Shown here one piece after another: positions 38,849-48,612 of a stretch of 64,000 bases of DNA. The notes under the pieces are model-generated. The model was not told the DNA's origin. It made no database searches and saw nothing but the letters and a program-made list of their open reading frames with translations. The stretch comes from an uncultured virus (IMG/VR IMGVR_UViG_3300003690_000005) (Duplodnaviria; Heunggongvirae; Uroviricota; Caudoviricetes). The DNA is taken from IMG/VR virus record IMGVR_UViG_3300003690_000005; one strand, 5' to 3'. Each line of letters opens with the position of its first letter. Within the stretch, counting starts at the first letter, position 1. Position numbers and translations under genes: made by a program.

Positions 38849-39663
38849 ACTGGTATAAGAAATCAGCAACTAATTTAAATGAACTCAAGAAGCAATTAGA
38901 TGATCTTCTTGAAGAATATAGTGCTTTAAATATGTTGATTATCCGTGAAGTTGCAACTCCTGAACAAATTCAAAAAGAAAAAGAAGTTGAGCAACAAGCA
39001 AACTATATTGAGAAATTATATAAAGCAGAATATGAAAGGTTAAAGCCAAGAGCAATGCAAGCTATAGAAGAGGGGAGACCACATGAAGTTCCTCAACAAC
39101 ATTTTATAGATTACCACAAAACAGGAAGAATACCAGATGATGCCTACAAAGGATATGAAACTACAGAGGGCATATCGTGGTTAGGAACTAAAGAAAAGTA
39201 TCCTATCTTTCTAAAAAAACAAAAATTTGGAGATGAAGAAATCGAGTTCAGGCAGTCAGACAAAAAAACATTTTACACCAAAACAGATGAAAACAAGGAC
39301 ATAGTGAGAGACAATGAAGGAAATGTTACATATCTATCTCCTGAAGAAATAAAAGCAAAAGGTTTACCAGAAACAGATACATCTATTGTAGTTTTCAATG
39401 AAGCAGGACAACCTATAGGATTGGCTTCAAATGAATTTGGCACAGATGGAGTGTGGGTTGTAAAAGAATATCAAGGAAAAGGTATTGGCACAGATCTATT
39501 ATATGAATTTAGAAAACAATTTCCGTCTAAAAGAAAAATAGGACAAATGACTTCTTCAGGCATAGATATAACAAAAGCGTATCATAAAAGACTTATACAA
39601 GAAGCTTTAAAAAACAAACAACATGTTCCCCAAGAGGTGTTAGACGATTATGAGTTGGTATAA
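38845..39663 (+). CDS. MNWY-leader GNAT acetyltransferase-like protein
   Basis: VWVVKEYQGKGIGTDL (acetyl-CoA motif A). Confidence 0.7.
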   Translation: MNWYKKSATNLNELKKQLDDLLEEYSALNMLIIREVATPEQIQKEKEVEQQANYIEKLYKAEYERLKPRAMQAIEEGRPHEVPQQHFIDYHKTGRIPDDAYKGYETTEGISWLGTKEKYPIFLKKQKFGDEEIEFRQSDKKTFYTKTDENKDIVRDNEGNVTYLSPEEIKAKGLPETDTSIVVFNEAGQPIGLASNEFGTDGVWVVKEYQGKGIGTDLLYEFRKQFPSKRKIGQMTSSGIDITKAYHKRLIQEALKNKQHVPQEVLDDYELV

Positions 39664-40141
39664 GAAAACAGAAATTGAATACCGAAATATGCCGTCTACA
39701 GAGGACTTCGATGACGAGGATAGTGATATTGATGTTTATCAAGCAATGGATGAAGCGGAAAAAGTCTTTCAAAACTCAGGGATTCGTCCTGATAGTAGGA
39801 AAGAAATGACTAATATTGCTTTATCAGACGGAACAGTTATTGGGGCTATTGCGAGTAACTGGTCAGAAGCAACAGATTATGATTTTCCAGTAATGGAGTT
39901 TTCTTTTGATGTAGCAGTAGATAAAAAGTTTAGAGGCTCTGAACAAGTAGGGATGAAGCTAATACAAGAAGCAATTAATACATATGAGGAAGAGAAAACA
40001 ATGTACGAAGAGTCTGATTATAAAACACGTATAAAACTATGGGTAATCAATACTGGGCTAATTCCCATATTGGAAAAATTCTTTGGATTTGAAATAGAGT
40101 CTGATCTGGGACATGGACAGGCACACATGGTAAGGTATTAA
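39650..40141 (+). CDS. MSWY-leader GNAT-like protein
   Basis: DVAVDKKFRG..VGMKLI..FFGF. Confidence 0.65.
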   Translation: MSWYKKTEIEYRNMPSTEDFDDEDSDIDVYQAMDEAEKVFQNSGIRPDSRKEMTNIALSDGTVIGAIASNWSEATDYDFPVMEFSFDVAVDKKFRGSEQVGMKLIQEAINTYEEEKTMYEESDYKTRIKLWVINTGLIPILEKFFGFEIESDLGHGQAHMVRY

Positions 40142-40145
40142 TGAC

Positions 40146-40538
40146 ATGAACTGGTATAAAACAGCACGACAGGATTACGAAATACAAAAGCAAATCCAGT
40201 TGTTGAGAGATAGTCTTAAATCTCAGCATCCAGGACTGGAACTTGATTTATGGTATGCTCACAATCATTATATTGAGCTTGCAAGAATAGAGCTACCTCC
40301 TGAAATGCAGAATCAGGGCTTTGGACACCAAATTATTAAAGATATACAAGAATTTGCTAGACAATTGAACGTGCCAATTGTTTTGCGGCCAGAAGCAGAA
40401 AAAAGAAAAAAGACATCACTAAATAGATTTTATAGAGATTTAGATTTTGTTCCTAATAAAGGCAGAAGTGCAGACCCGACGTTATCTTCGCCGTTTGCAT
40501 CTACTATGTATTGGAAACCTGAAAATGAATTGGTATAA
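40146..40538 (+). CDS. MNWY-leader GNAT-like protein
   Basis: IELPPEMQNQGFGHQII..RFYRDLDF. Confidence 0.7.
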   Translation: MNWYKTARQDYEIQKQIQLLRDSLKSQHPGLELDLWYAHNHYIELARIELPPEMQNQGFGHQIIKDIQEFARQLNVPIVLRPEAEKRKKTSLNRFYRDLDFVPNKGRSADPTLSSPFASTMYWKPENELV

Positions 40539-40902
40539 GAAAAGCCAGAATATAGGTGACAAGATCCAATTTATGTGGACAGGTCGTCCTCGTCAAGGAC
40601 AAGTTACTCAATTGTTGCCAGATGGAAGTGTTGAGGTCGCTACATCTATAGATGAGCCTGATATGCTTGGAAGAAGATTAAGACTTCAAAGAAGTCAGAT
40701 TGTTGACCCGCAAGACTCACAAAATCCACAGGGTTCTATTGAAACGGGAAGTAAAATCGAATTTGACTGGGGAGGACCAACACAAGCAACGGTTCAGCAA
40801 ATTCTTCCAAATAACATACTATCAGTCCAAATCGAATCTGATAATCCTATGTTCCGTAAAGTAATAACTATACCAATGGATCAAGTAAGGCTAGTGGTGT
40901 GA
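40525..40902 (+). CDS. MNWY-leader protein with two SH3/Tudor-like repeats
   Basis: GDKIQFMW.G..Q.Q and GSKIEFDWGG..Q internal repeat; start revised. Confidence 0.65.
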   Translation: MNWYKKSQNIGDKIQFMWTGRPRQGQVTQLLPDGSVEVATSIDEPDMLGRRLRLQRSQIVDPQDSQNPQGSIETGSKIEFDWGGPTQATVQQILPNNILSVQIESDNPMFRKVITIPMDQVRLVV

Positions 40903-41126
40903 ATTGGTATAAAACGGCAAACAAAACAGACAAAATAAAACGTTGGATTAAACAAAATACAGATGATGGAATAGAAGTATGGACAAAAGGTAATAATGTC
41001 TTTTTATCTATAGACGATGGAGCAGAAAGAGATTTAGTTGAAGAATTAGAACATATATTAGGTCAAGACATTGAGTGGGACTATGAGGTGGGGAATCCAG
41101 GAACTGGTTGGGTGAAAGTTTTATGA
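40899..41126 (+). CDS. MNWY-leader small protein
   Basis: GTG start in a GTGA overlap. Confidence 0.7.
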   Translation: MNWYKTANKTDKIKRWIKQNTDDGIEVWTKGNNVFLSIDDGAERDLVEELEHILGQDIEWDYEVGNPGTGWVKVL

Positions 41127-41881
41127 ACTGGTATAAAAAAGCAAACTATGAAGAACTAGATCAGATTTTACACCAAGCAGATTTAAGCCTAAACGAAGAA
41201 TCACAAAGAGCAGTATCAAGTTTTGTGGGACATCCACCACAATCTAAACAAGAACGAAATGATCTTGGCGACGATCCATTTCAACTCTTTGGTATTATGG
41301 ACTCACGGCAACTTGAAGATGCTTTTTCTACTGAAACAACAGAACAGGGTGCAAATGTGCTACAGGATCTTGAACAAAATATGCAACCTGTAAAAGAATA
41401 TCTTTATAGATTATTTGGCGACACTGTTCCTTTACATCGTTATCAGCACCCTTTGTCGGGAAACGAGGAGCCACGAAACATTTTATCTTGGACGCTGAAT
41501 CGTAATTTTGTTGAAGCACATGCTGGTATACGTCCTACGATAAAGGTTTTAAACGACGCAGATATTGAAAAATATGTTCAACAATTTGAAATGAATGGCA
41601 GTGTGCAAGTTGGAAATCATATTTATAGAACAGACACAGAACTCGAAGGCACCGACATGTTTGATTTAGACGGAGAACACATAACAGGCATAGGAGGAGG
41701 ATCAAATGAATTAAGAAAATGGTTGCACGGTCAAAAAGACGACGATTCTCGTTGGAACGATCAGATCGAGAACAAAAACAACGAAAAAAGACAAAACATT
41801 ATATCTCAAAACATACAGATTAAAGACATCGTATGGGCTACAAACAGGGCAGGACAGTGGGAGTTTGTTATAAAAACATAA
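41123..41881 (+). CDS. MNWY-leader protein, possible R-S-E ART-like
   Basis: LHRY...LSWT...QWEF; start revised. Confidence 0.6.
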   Translation: MNWYKKANYEELDQILHQADLSLNEESQRAVSSFVGHPPQSKQERNDLGDDPFQLFGIMDSRQLEDAFSTETTEQGANVLQDLEQNMQPVKEYLYRLFGDTVPLHRYQHPLSGNEEPRNILSWTLNRNFVEAHAGIRPTIKVLNDADIEKYVQQFEMNGSVQVGNHIYRTDTELEGTDMFDLDGEHITGIGGGSNELRKWLHGQKDDDSRWNDQIENKNNEKRQNIISQNIQIKDIVWATNRAGQWEFVIKT

Positions 41882-41900
41882 CGACCACTGTGGATAAAAA

Positions 41901-42962
41901 ATGAACTGGTATAATAGATTAAAATTTGCACAAATATGGAACATTGAAAGCGATGGTGGTTTTCTCGATGAAGTGCAAAAACTATATGAATTAGAATATA
42001 AACGTTCTATGATTAAACAAAATCCTTTCAAAGGCGTAGATAAACGCAAAGAAAACATTCTTGCTAACATAGAAAAAGGTGTTTTAGAGGCAATTGATGT
42101 TGTAAGGGAACCATTGGCCCAAACATTACAACAATGGCTTAAAAGTCACGCTTTAACAGACCCTGACCAGTGGGCAAAACAACGAAACAAACCGGGTTCT
42201 CCTTTTGACAATTGGGATGAATATTATGAGAGCACTAGCGAAGGACCAATAAGTCGTATAATAAGAGTTGTGGATGAATATAATGATTTAACTGAAAAAA
42301 ACTCAATAGGCAGTGCTGCGTCGTTAGCCACACCAAACTGGGATAGAAGTTTTGTACAAATGATGCAAGAAAACGGAAGTTATCATTTTCCCAGCATGAA
42401 AAATATAACTAATACGCTTATTCCTGATAGACAGGAAATGTTAATTCAAGAACTGCAAAGTGAAGGTTTAGAAGAATTTAATAGAACGATGGGAACACAG
42501 TTTGCTACTGAAGAAGAAGCAGAAGAATACATATACCAAGCAACAGCAGAACAATTAGGCATTGATGCTTCAGACCTGTTTGATTATTATGATCTTGAAG
42601 GATTAGCTGAACTGGCAGATCAAAATGGATTATTAGATAATCTTATTTTCGATATAAATAAAAATATTGTATTTCCAGCTTGGTATGGCAAATGGTCTAA
42701 CGAAGGAATAGATGACACCAGAGAAGCAGTAGAACAAATATACCAAGAACTCATGTCTGCCAAAACCATTGATCAAATAATTTCAGCAGTGAATTTGGCG
42801 CTTAACGCGGCTCATCAAACAGGAGATATGATAGATTATTTAGAAGACTATGGTAACGTAGAAGGTAGCTATGGAACAAAACAGTTTTTAGATAATTTGT
42901 CTGCTGGTGAATATGTTGAAAAATGGAATGAAGAACTAAGAGCGATTGGAGTTGAGATATGA
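41901..42962 (+). CDS. MNWY-leader hypothetical protein
   Basis: MNWYNRLKFAQI. Confidence 0.8.
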   Translation: MNWYNRLKFAQIWNIESDGGFLDEVQKLYELEYKRSMIKQNPFKGVDKRKENILANIEKGVLEAIDVVREPLAQTLQQWLKSHALTDPDQWAKQRNKPGSPFDNWDEYYESTSEGPISRIIRVVDEYNDLTEKNSIGSAASLATPNWDRSFVQMMQENGSYHFPSMKNITNTLIPDRQEMLIQELQSEGLEEFNRTMGTQFATEEEAEEYIYQATAEQLGIDASDLFDYYDLEGLAELADQNGLLDNLIFDINKNIVFPAWYGKWSNEGIDDTREAVEQIYQELMSAKTIDQIISAVNLALNAAHQTGDMIDYLEDYGNVEGSYGTKQFLDNLSAGEYVEKWNEELRAIGVEI

Positions 42963-43609
42963 ACTGGTACAATAGATTGAAATTTGCACAGATTTCTGGC
43001 GAATACTGGATCGATGATATTGGCAATGCTATTTTTATAGATGGAGATGTAGGAGATTATAACCATGAAAGTTATGTTATGGAACAAGTAAGGTATAAGG
43101 TTGCAGATTTAGCACACGAAAAAGGTCTAACAGAAAATAATCATTCTAATGATGATTTCATTGATTGGGATATGTTTTTACAAGAAATAAAGAGAGGTAC
43201 TAAGGATAGCGTATATAACACGTTGCTAAAATCAGGTTTAAAGGCAGAACAATTAGATGTTGCATTTGAGCAAAGAGATGCAAGAGCATATGCAGTAGAA
43301 CACTGGGGATGGAAAAGATTAGAAGGAACTAATGTAGAAACTGGGACTTTAACTCCAAACGACATGGATACAATTGCCAGTGGATTATATAATGCGTATG
43401 ACGAAGACGCGACGAACCAAACCTACACTATTTATGTTTATTCTACAAACCAAACTTTAGACATGACATACGAGCAATTAGACAATAAAGAAATGGCAGA
43501 AACAGGAGGACTAGCTCAAACTCAGCAAAAAGCATACGATAAAGCTGTAACAGAATTAGAACGAAAAGATCAACCATCGTTTTATCAGAATAAACCCGAG
43601 GGAGATTGA
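42959..43609 (+). CDS. MNWY-leader hypothetical protein
   Basis: Same 12-aa leader MNWYNRLKFAQI, then an unrelated body. Confidence 0.8.
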   Translation: MNWYNRLKFAQISGEYWIDDIGNAIFIDGDVGDYNHESYVMEQVRYKVADLAHEKGLTENNHSNDDFIDWDMFLQEIKRGTKDSVYNTLLKSGLKAEQLDVAFEQRDARAYAVEHWGWKRLEGTNVETGTLTPNDMDTIASGLYNAYDEDATNQTYTIYVYSTNQTLDMTYEQLDNKEMAETGGLAQTQQKAYDKAVTELERKDQPSFYQNKPEGD

Positions 43610-43629
43610 TTTTAAAACGTTATGTTTGA

Positions 43630-43870
43630 TATCCAAATCTCTTAAATGTTTCTGCTTCCCAAATAACTATTTTTTGTTTCGATTTATCGTTTAGTTCAAA
43701 TTGATCTGGTTTAGTGGAATTATAGAAGTATAGACAAAAGGCAATAATGTCTTCTTATTTATAGGTGATTGGGCAGAAGGCGATTTACTTGAAGAATTAG
43801 AACATACATTGGGTCAAGATATTGAGTGGGACCGTGAGGTAGGAAATCCAGGAACTGGCTAGGTAAAGAT
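43630..43870. pseudogene. Composite scar: a sulfotransferase 3' fragment (minus) joined to a decayed copy of 40899..41126
   Basis: About 43630-43722 matches 46692-46783; about 43723-43868 matches 40973-41118, with stops. Confidence 0.75.
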
Positions 43871-43873
43871 ATA

Positions 43874-44107
43874 ATGAAAATTATATATTCTAATACATTA
43901 CGACAGTGGGCTAGTAAAGTTAATTCTACATGTTTTGCTTTACAAGGTTTGGGATATACATTAGAGTCTATGTCTTGGGATGATATATATAACGCTCTTG
44001 ATGGGAATAACCTTGTTCCAGATAATGTAAATCCTGAAAGATTTACAACAATGGTTGCTAGTGTTGTTCGTAATCCTAGTCTTTTTCAAGAGGTAGATAT
44101 AGACTGA
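43874..44107 (+). CDS. Hypothetical protein
   Basis: TGATG overlap into the next MNWY gene. Confidence 0.6.
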   Translation: MKIIYSNTLRQWASKVNSTCFALQGLGYTLESMSWDDIYNALDGNNLVPDNVNPERFTTMVASVVRNPSLFQEVDID

Positions 44108-44652
44108 TGAACTGGTATAAGGTATTAAAATGTGCTCAAAGTGAATGGTTCGAGCAACTCCGATCCGAGACAGAAGAAAAAAGTAAAGCCCGAGGTTCTG
44201 TTATCAAGACGGAAAGAAAAACAGAACCTTATACCCTTGAATTGTATCGGGGATTTAATACAGATTTAACAAATCTCGAAAGAGAGGGAGACTCGTATAT
44301 ATTAAGTCCTGAAAACAGCGAGCAAGGAATGATGTGGTTTACTCATCAGTTCATAGGTCACTATAATCCACTTGAATATGCTAAATCACATGGAGATCTG
44401 TTGCTTACTTATCCACTGCAATGTATAAAACATTGGGATGAGATAACTTATGAAAATGGTGACGTGGATCAGCGGTTCCCGGAAGACGTGGACTCTCAAT
44501 CCGATTTTACACAAAACAATAGATTTCACTGCCTATATCGTGCATATTGTTTAGAATTACCTGAAGGATGGTATTGGACATACAAAACAGAGAAATTTAT
44601 AGGAACGACAAATAAAATTACTGTTTCTCCTGATATGGTATCAAAATCATGA
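44107..44652 (+). CDS. MNWY-leader protein, possible ART-like
   Basis: MNWYKVLKCAQ; LYRG...MWFT. Confidence 0.65.
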   Translation: MNWYKVLKCAQSEWFEQLRSETEEKSKARGSVIKTERKTEPYTLELYRGFNTDLTNLEREGDSYILSPENSEQGMMWFTHQFIGHYNPLEYAKSHGDLLLTYPLQCIKHWDEITYENGDVDQRFPEDVDSQSDFTQNNRFHCLYRAYCLELPEGWYWTYKTEKFIGTTNKITVSPDMVSKS

Positions 44653-45152
44653 ACTGGTATAAAAAGATAATAGCAAATACATTAACGATTGACAATGAAT
44701 GGGTTACCAGTAAAAGAACCATACCTATAGAATTAAATCCATCATTAGAAATTACTATGCGACTTGCTAATCAATCAAAATGGGGTCAAGCGAGAATGCT
44801 TCCCACTCCTGATGGCTGGTATGTTTGGCCTGCTGATATGGCTATACATGCTGCTGTCATCGGCGCATTGGGTTTAACTAAAAATATTGTTGATTGGGAT
44901 GCCGATGGACCTGTCGCTAAAATTGATAAAGATAATAATCTTTTAATCTGGCTGCCTCCTGAATCAGGAAACAGTCAAATGTCGTTGCCTTGGGCAAATC
45001 AGCTAGAACCGTATAATGATCCAGAATGGAACTATTATGTTCCAGCGCAAGATGATATGACTATATTAAAATCACAGCCTGTTGCAACCGAAGAGGCATT
45101 TAATATAATTGACAAACCTGCGTCTCCATATTATACAAGATGGGGAGACTAA
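44649..45152 (+). CDS. MNWY-leader hypothetical protein
   Basis: LNPS..GQAR..WYVW..AIH. Confidence 0.75.
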   Translation: MNWYKKIIANTLTIDNEWVTSKRTIPIELNPSLEITMRLANQSKWGQARMLPTPDGWYVWPADMAIHAAVIGALGLTKNIVDWDADGPVAKIDKDNNLLIWLPPESGNSQMSLPWANQLEPYNDPEWNYYVPAQDDMTILKSQPVATEEAFNIIDKPASPYYTRWGD

Positions 45153-45868
45153 TGAACTGGTGGTACAAGCTAGCAGCATCGGAATCAATTCTACAGGAGT
45201 TGTTTTTGCAGGTAACAGATACATATTCTAGACAGGACATTTTACCAGAAGTGCTGGACAGATATAGACAGAAATCAGACGAAGGAGTTAGGGAGCAAAT
45301 CGAATGGCTTAAGCAGGAGAAGACTCGTAACTTGAGATATAGAGAGCAGCAACAGGAATCTGAACAGCGTCAAGAATGGCTTGAAGATGTTCCTCTTGAA
45401 ATACATCAAATTGGTGGAACCAAAGCCACAGATAATTATACGCATTGTATGTCGGGGTCCGTAGAAAAAGTTCAGGGCATCATACAGCAAAGTGGAGGTT
45501 TGCCATTAACCAAGGGGATGGAAAACGTAGGGTATGATAGGTATGATAATACTGCATTGCCAAACTACAACAACATCTTTGTTGGATGCGATGAAACATG
45601 GGCTGCTGTCCTTGCAAGGGATTACGACTATTCTGGAGAGTTCGTATCTATTACATTCGGAGAACTGCCAGAAGATTTTTATGTAATTGACGACCCGAAC
45701 CCAATAGACAAAACAAATTTGCCGGATTCTTACGTTATACTGTCTACACAGTCAGTGATACCTTCGCAGAACATAAAGAGCATAGAAGATAGTGGGACAT
45801 GGGAGGATGCGTTGAGCAGTCGTCCTGATATTGAAAATGAGTTTGGAGATGAGGGTTTCGACGAATGA
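45152..45868 (+). CDS. MNWWY-leader hypothetical protein
   Basis: TAATG overlap; start revised. Confidence 0.7.
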   Translation: MNWWYKLAASESILQELFLQVTDTYSRQDILPEVLDRYRQKSDEGVREQIEWLKQEKTRNLRYREQQQESEQRQEWLEDVPLEIHQIGGTKATDNYTHCMSGSVEKVQGIIQQSGGLPLTKGMENVGYDRYDNTALPNYNNIFVGCDETWAAVLARDYDYSGEFVSITFGELPEDFYVIDDPNPIDKTNLPDSYVILSTQSVIPSQNIKSIEDSGTWEDALSSRPDIENEFGDEGFDE

Positions 45869-46146
45869 ACTGGTATAAACATGCACAATCTGGCTTTGGA
45901 TTTCATGGAACAGATACTGATGCTTTGACTAGTATTAAATCAAGAGGATTAAACATAGGTACGTTCTTTTCTTCCAATGAAGATGATATAAGCTCTTACA
46001 CAAATGGTGCGTGGATTAGGTTTCCTTTTCCAAGAAATTTCACAAAAAGAACAGGAAGAGGCGATTATTATACTACTAATGAAATTGTTCCACCTACCCA
46101 AATAGAATATAAAACTGATCTTTGGGATGATTACCAGCCGATTTAA
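45865..46146 (+). CDS. MNWY-leader minimal ART-like protein
   Basis: FHGT...SIKSRGL..FFS..VPPTQI. Confidence 0.55.
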   Translation: MNWYKHAQSGFGFHGTDTDALTSIKSRGLNIGTFFSSNEDDISSYTNGAWIRFPFPRNFTKRTGRGDYYTTNEIVPPTQIEYKTDLWDDYQPI

Positions 46147-46152
46147 TACTTA

Positions 46153-46683
46153 ATGTTTGTTTCTGAACAACATCAATTTATTTATATTAGTATCCCAAAA
46201 ACTGGCAGCAGATCAATGAGACGCTGGCTGTCGAGAAATTATCAAACAAGAAAAATTCATCAAGTACATGCTTGGAATGTTCCTGAAAAATATAAAAGTT
46301 ATTTCATTTTTACGCTAGTCAGTAACCCGTATGACAGGTGCATAAGTTTATGGAAGATGGAAGGCAGACATATAGATTTTACAACATATATGAAAAATAT
46401 TATATTTTTAAAAGAAAACCCTAACCAATGCAAACAACAGGTTCCTGAACAGTATATGTCGCAAAAACCATATATACAATTATCTAATTGTAGCAAATAT
46501 ATAAAATTAGAATGTTTACAAGAGTTAGAATTGTTGCCTTTTGTTCATTCTATAAATGATTTTCCTCATTTCAATCGCCGTATACATAGAGCAATTCATA
46601 AAAATAATTTAACCCAAGAACAAAAACAAATTATATGGGAATACTGTTTGGAAGATTTTGATTTTTTAGATTATAAGGTCTAA
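46153..46683 (+). CDS. Sulfotransferase family 2-like protein
   Basis: FIYISIPKTGSRS (PAPS 5'-PSB); VSNPYDRCIS; EDFDFLDY. Confidence 0.8.
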   Translation: MFVSEQHQFIYISIPKTGSRSMRRWLSRNYQTRKIHQVHAWNVPEKYKSYFIFTLVSNPYDRCISLWKMEGRHIDFTTYMKNIIFLKENPNQCKQQVPEQYMSQKPYIQLSNCSKYIKLECLQELELLPFVHSINDFPHFNRRIHRAIHKNNLTQEQKQIIWEYCLEDFDFLDYKV

Positions 46684-47222
46684 ATTTTATATCCAAATCT
46701 CTTAAATGTTTCTGCTTCCCAAATAACTATTTTTTGCTTTGACTTATCGTTTAACCTACTTTGATCTGGTTTAGTGGAATTAAGAATAGGCAGTTTGTCT
46801 GGTCCTTTCCAGAACTCTAGTAATTTAATTTCATCATCTATGTGTTCAAGATGTAAAACTTTGTCGTATTTGACTGGTCTCATCCAAATTTGCTGCGATT
46901 GGTATTGCGGAACAACCCTGTCTCTTGCAGTTATCCATGAGACAAATTTATTAATATCTTCATTGCGTTTGGCTCTTATGGATTTGCTTGCCGATCTAAA
47001 TTGAGATTGAGTTCTGCCATAAGGATGTCTGCAAACACCGAATATAAAATAGTTTTTATATTCATCAGGAACAACATTGCAATGATATCCACTATTTTTA
47101 GGTGTTTTCTCACCTCGCTGATAAATTCCTTCATACTCTTCTTTTAAAACTTTATACATTGTGTTTGTGCCAGCTTTTGGTGTAGATATGAATACGAATT
47201 TATATTTATGAGATATAATCAT
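46680..47222 (-). CDS. Sulfotransferase family 2-like protein
   Basis: MIISHKYKFVFISTPKAGTNT; RHPYGR; FKRFGY. Confidence 0.8.
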   Translation of the reverse strand: MIISHKYKFVFISTPKAGTNTMYKVLKEEYEGIYQRGEKTPKNSGYHCNVVPDEYKNYFIFGVCRHPYGRTQSQFRSASKSIRAKRNEDINKFVSWITARDRVVPQYQSQQIWMRPVKYDKVLHLEHIDDEIKLLEFWKGPDKLPILNSTKPDQSRLNDKSKQKIVIWEAETFKRFGYKI

Positions 47223-47261
47223 ACAAAGGAAATCGGTAAAAAATAAGCAATAAAATAAACT

Positions 47262-47672
47262 ATGAACTGGTACAAAACGGCTCAACAAATTATTACATTT
47301 GATTTTGATTCTACCTTAACAACACCTGTCTGGTCAGAAGAAGAACAACTATGGGTAGAAGGAAATGAACCCAACTGGGACACAATTACAAAATTAAAAC
47401 AATATGCACAACAAGGTTATGAAATTCATATCGTAACCAGCAGACATGAAAATATGGAAGGTGTTGATGATCGTACATCCGTAAATGATTTTATTAGACT
47501 ATATCGACTTCCAGTAGAAACAGTACATTTTACTAACGGACAGTCAAAAGGACAAACACTACATCAATTAAATTCACAAATGCATCATGATGATGATGCA
47601 AAAGACATTGAATCAGCTAATCTTTTTGATATCAATACCAAAAAAACTCCACACCCTCTTGATGAAAATTAA
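47262..47672 (+). CDS. MNWY-leader HAD-superfamily phosphatase
   Basis: FDFDSTL, IVTSR, HHDDD. Confidence 0.8.
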   Translation: MNWYKTAQQIITFDFDSTLTTPVWSEEEQLWVEGNEPNWDTITKLKQYAQQGYEIHIVTSRHENMEGVDDRTSVNDFIRLYRLPVETVHFTNGQSKGQTLHQLNSQMHHDDDAKDIESANLFDINTKKTPHPLDEN

Positions 47673-48005
47673 TTTTTTAAACTAACTCCAGAAGATTTAG
47701 TCACTTCTTATATTAGGTGTTCAAATTCACTTAAAAGGAGCACCTAATGGGTGGCATAAACACCAACGAATTATTAACAAAGGTGTGATCAAAGAACAAG
47801 GTAGATACGACAAACAACCATCTCAAGAAATCCATACAGTAATATCTGCCTATAGCAAAGAACCAATAACACAAACAATGAAAGATGCAAAACGAGATAT
47901 ACGAGATGGTGTTGTTATAAAAGCTAAAACAGTTGCCAAACGTATGTCTATGTCTCTATTTCACAGAAACAAACTAGAACTAGAAAAAGAACAAGGGTTA
48001 ATAGA

Positions 48006-48212
48006 ATGACAATAGCCACTGTGGATCGTACCGTAGATACTTTTACAAGAGATAGGGTAGCAATACCTGAGAGTATGCAAATTATAGAAGAAGCAGTAAG
48101 ACCTGCTAATAAATCTATGTTTAGAATTATAACCCGTGAAGATGGGATAAAAGAGTTACATGGAACTCTGGTTCTATATAACAACGATGTGACGCAGCAC
48201 AGTTATTTATAA
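48006..48212 (+). CDS. Hypothetical protein
   Basis: Short ORF overlapping the upstream ORF's stop. Confidence 0.45.
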   Translation: MTIATVDRTVDTFTRDRVAIPESMQIIEEAVRPANKSMFRIITREDGIKELHGTLVLYNNDVTQHSYL

Positions 48213-48612
48213 AACTAATAGATCAAGGTATGAAAGCTTTTAAGGTGAACGTCAATTCAGGCGATTTTTGAAGAAAGGTTTTGTTACTATTAAAGGTAAA
48301 AGTGGATTATCTTACCAGATCTTCAGGGTCATGATATTACCTGTGTGTTTAAAGACGGAGAAATGGTTGAAAAATTGTGTGTTTGTTTGGAGGGAAATTT
48401 TCCTCCAACTGATTCTCTAATAATGCGGTATGTTCTTATATTAAGTGATGAAGATGAATTTAGAGATAAATCTATTAAACATCATGTTTTACAGTGCGCA
48501 GAACCTGGTCCAACAAAGAATCCAGCCTCTCTAGTAGATGAATTTAAAAGATTAAAACTGGCAGCTTAAATTCTAAAAGGATTCTTTTAAATAACCAGGA
48601 TACTAATAATAT

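Noticed and set aside
35980..40538. C-terminal ELV* as a shared protein motif
   Set aside because: It is the next gene's ATGAACTGGTATAA read in another frame.
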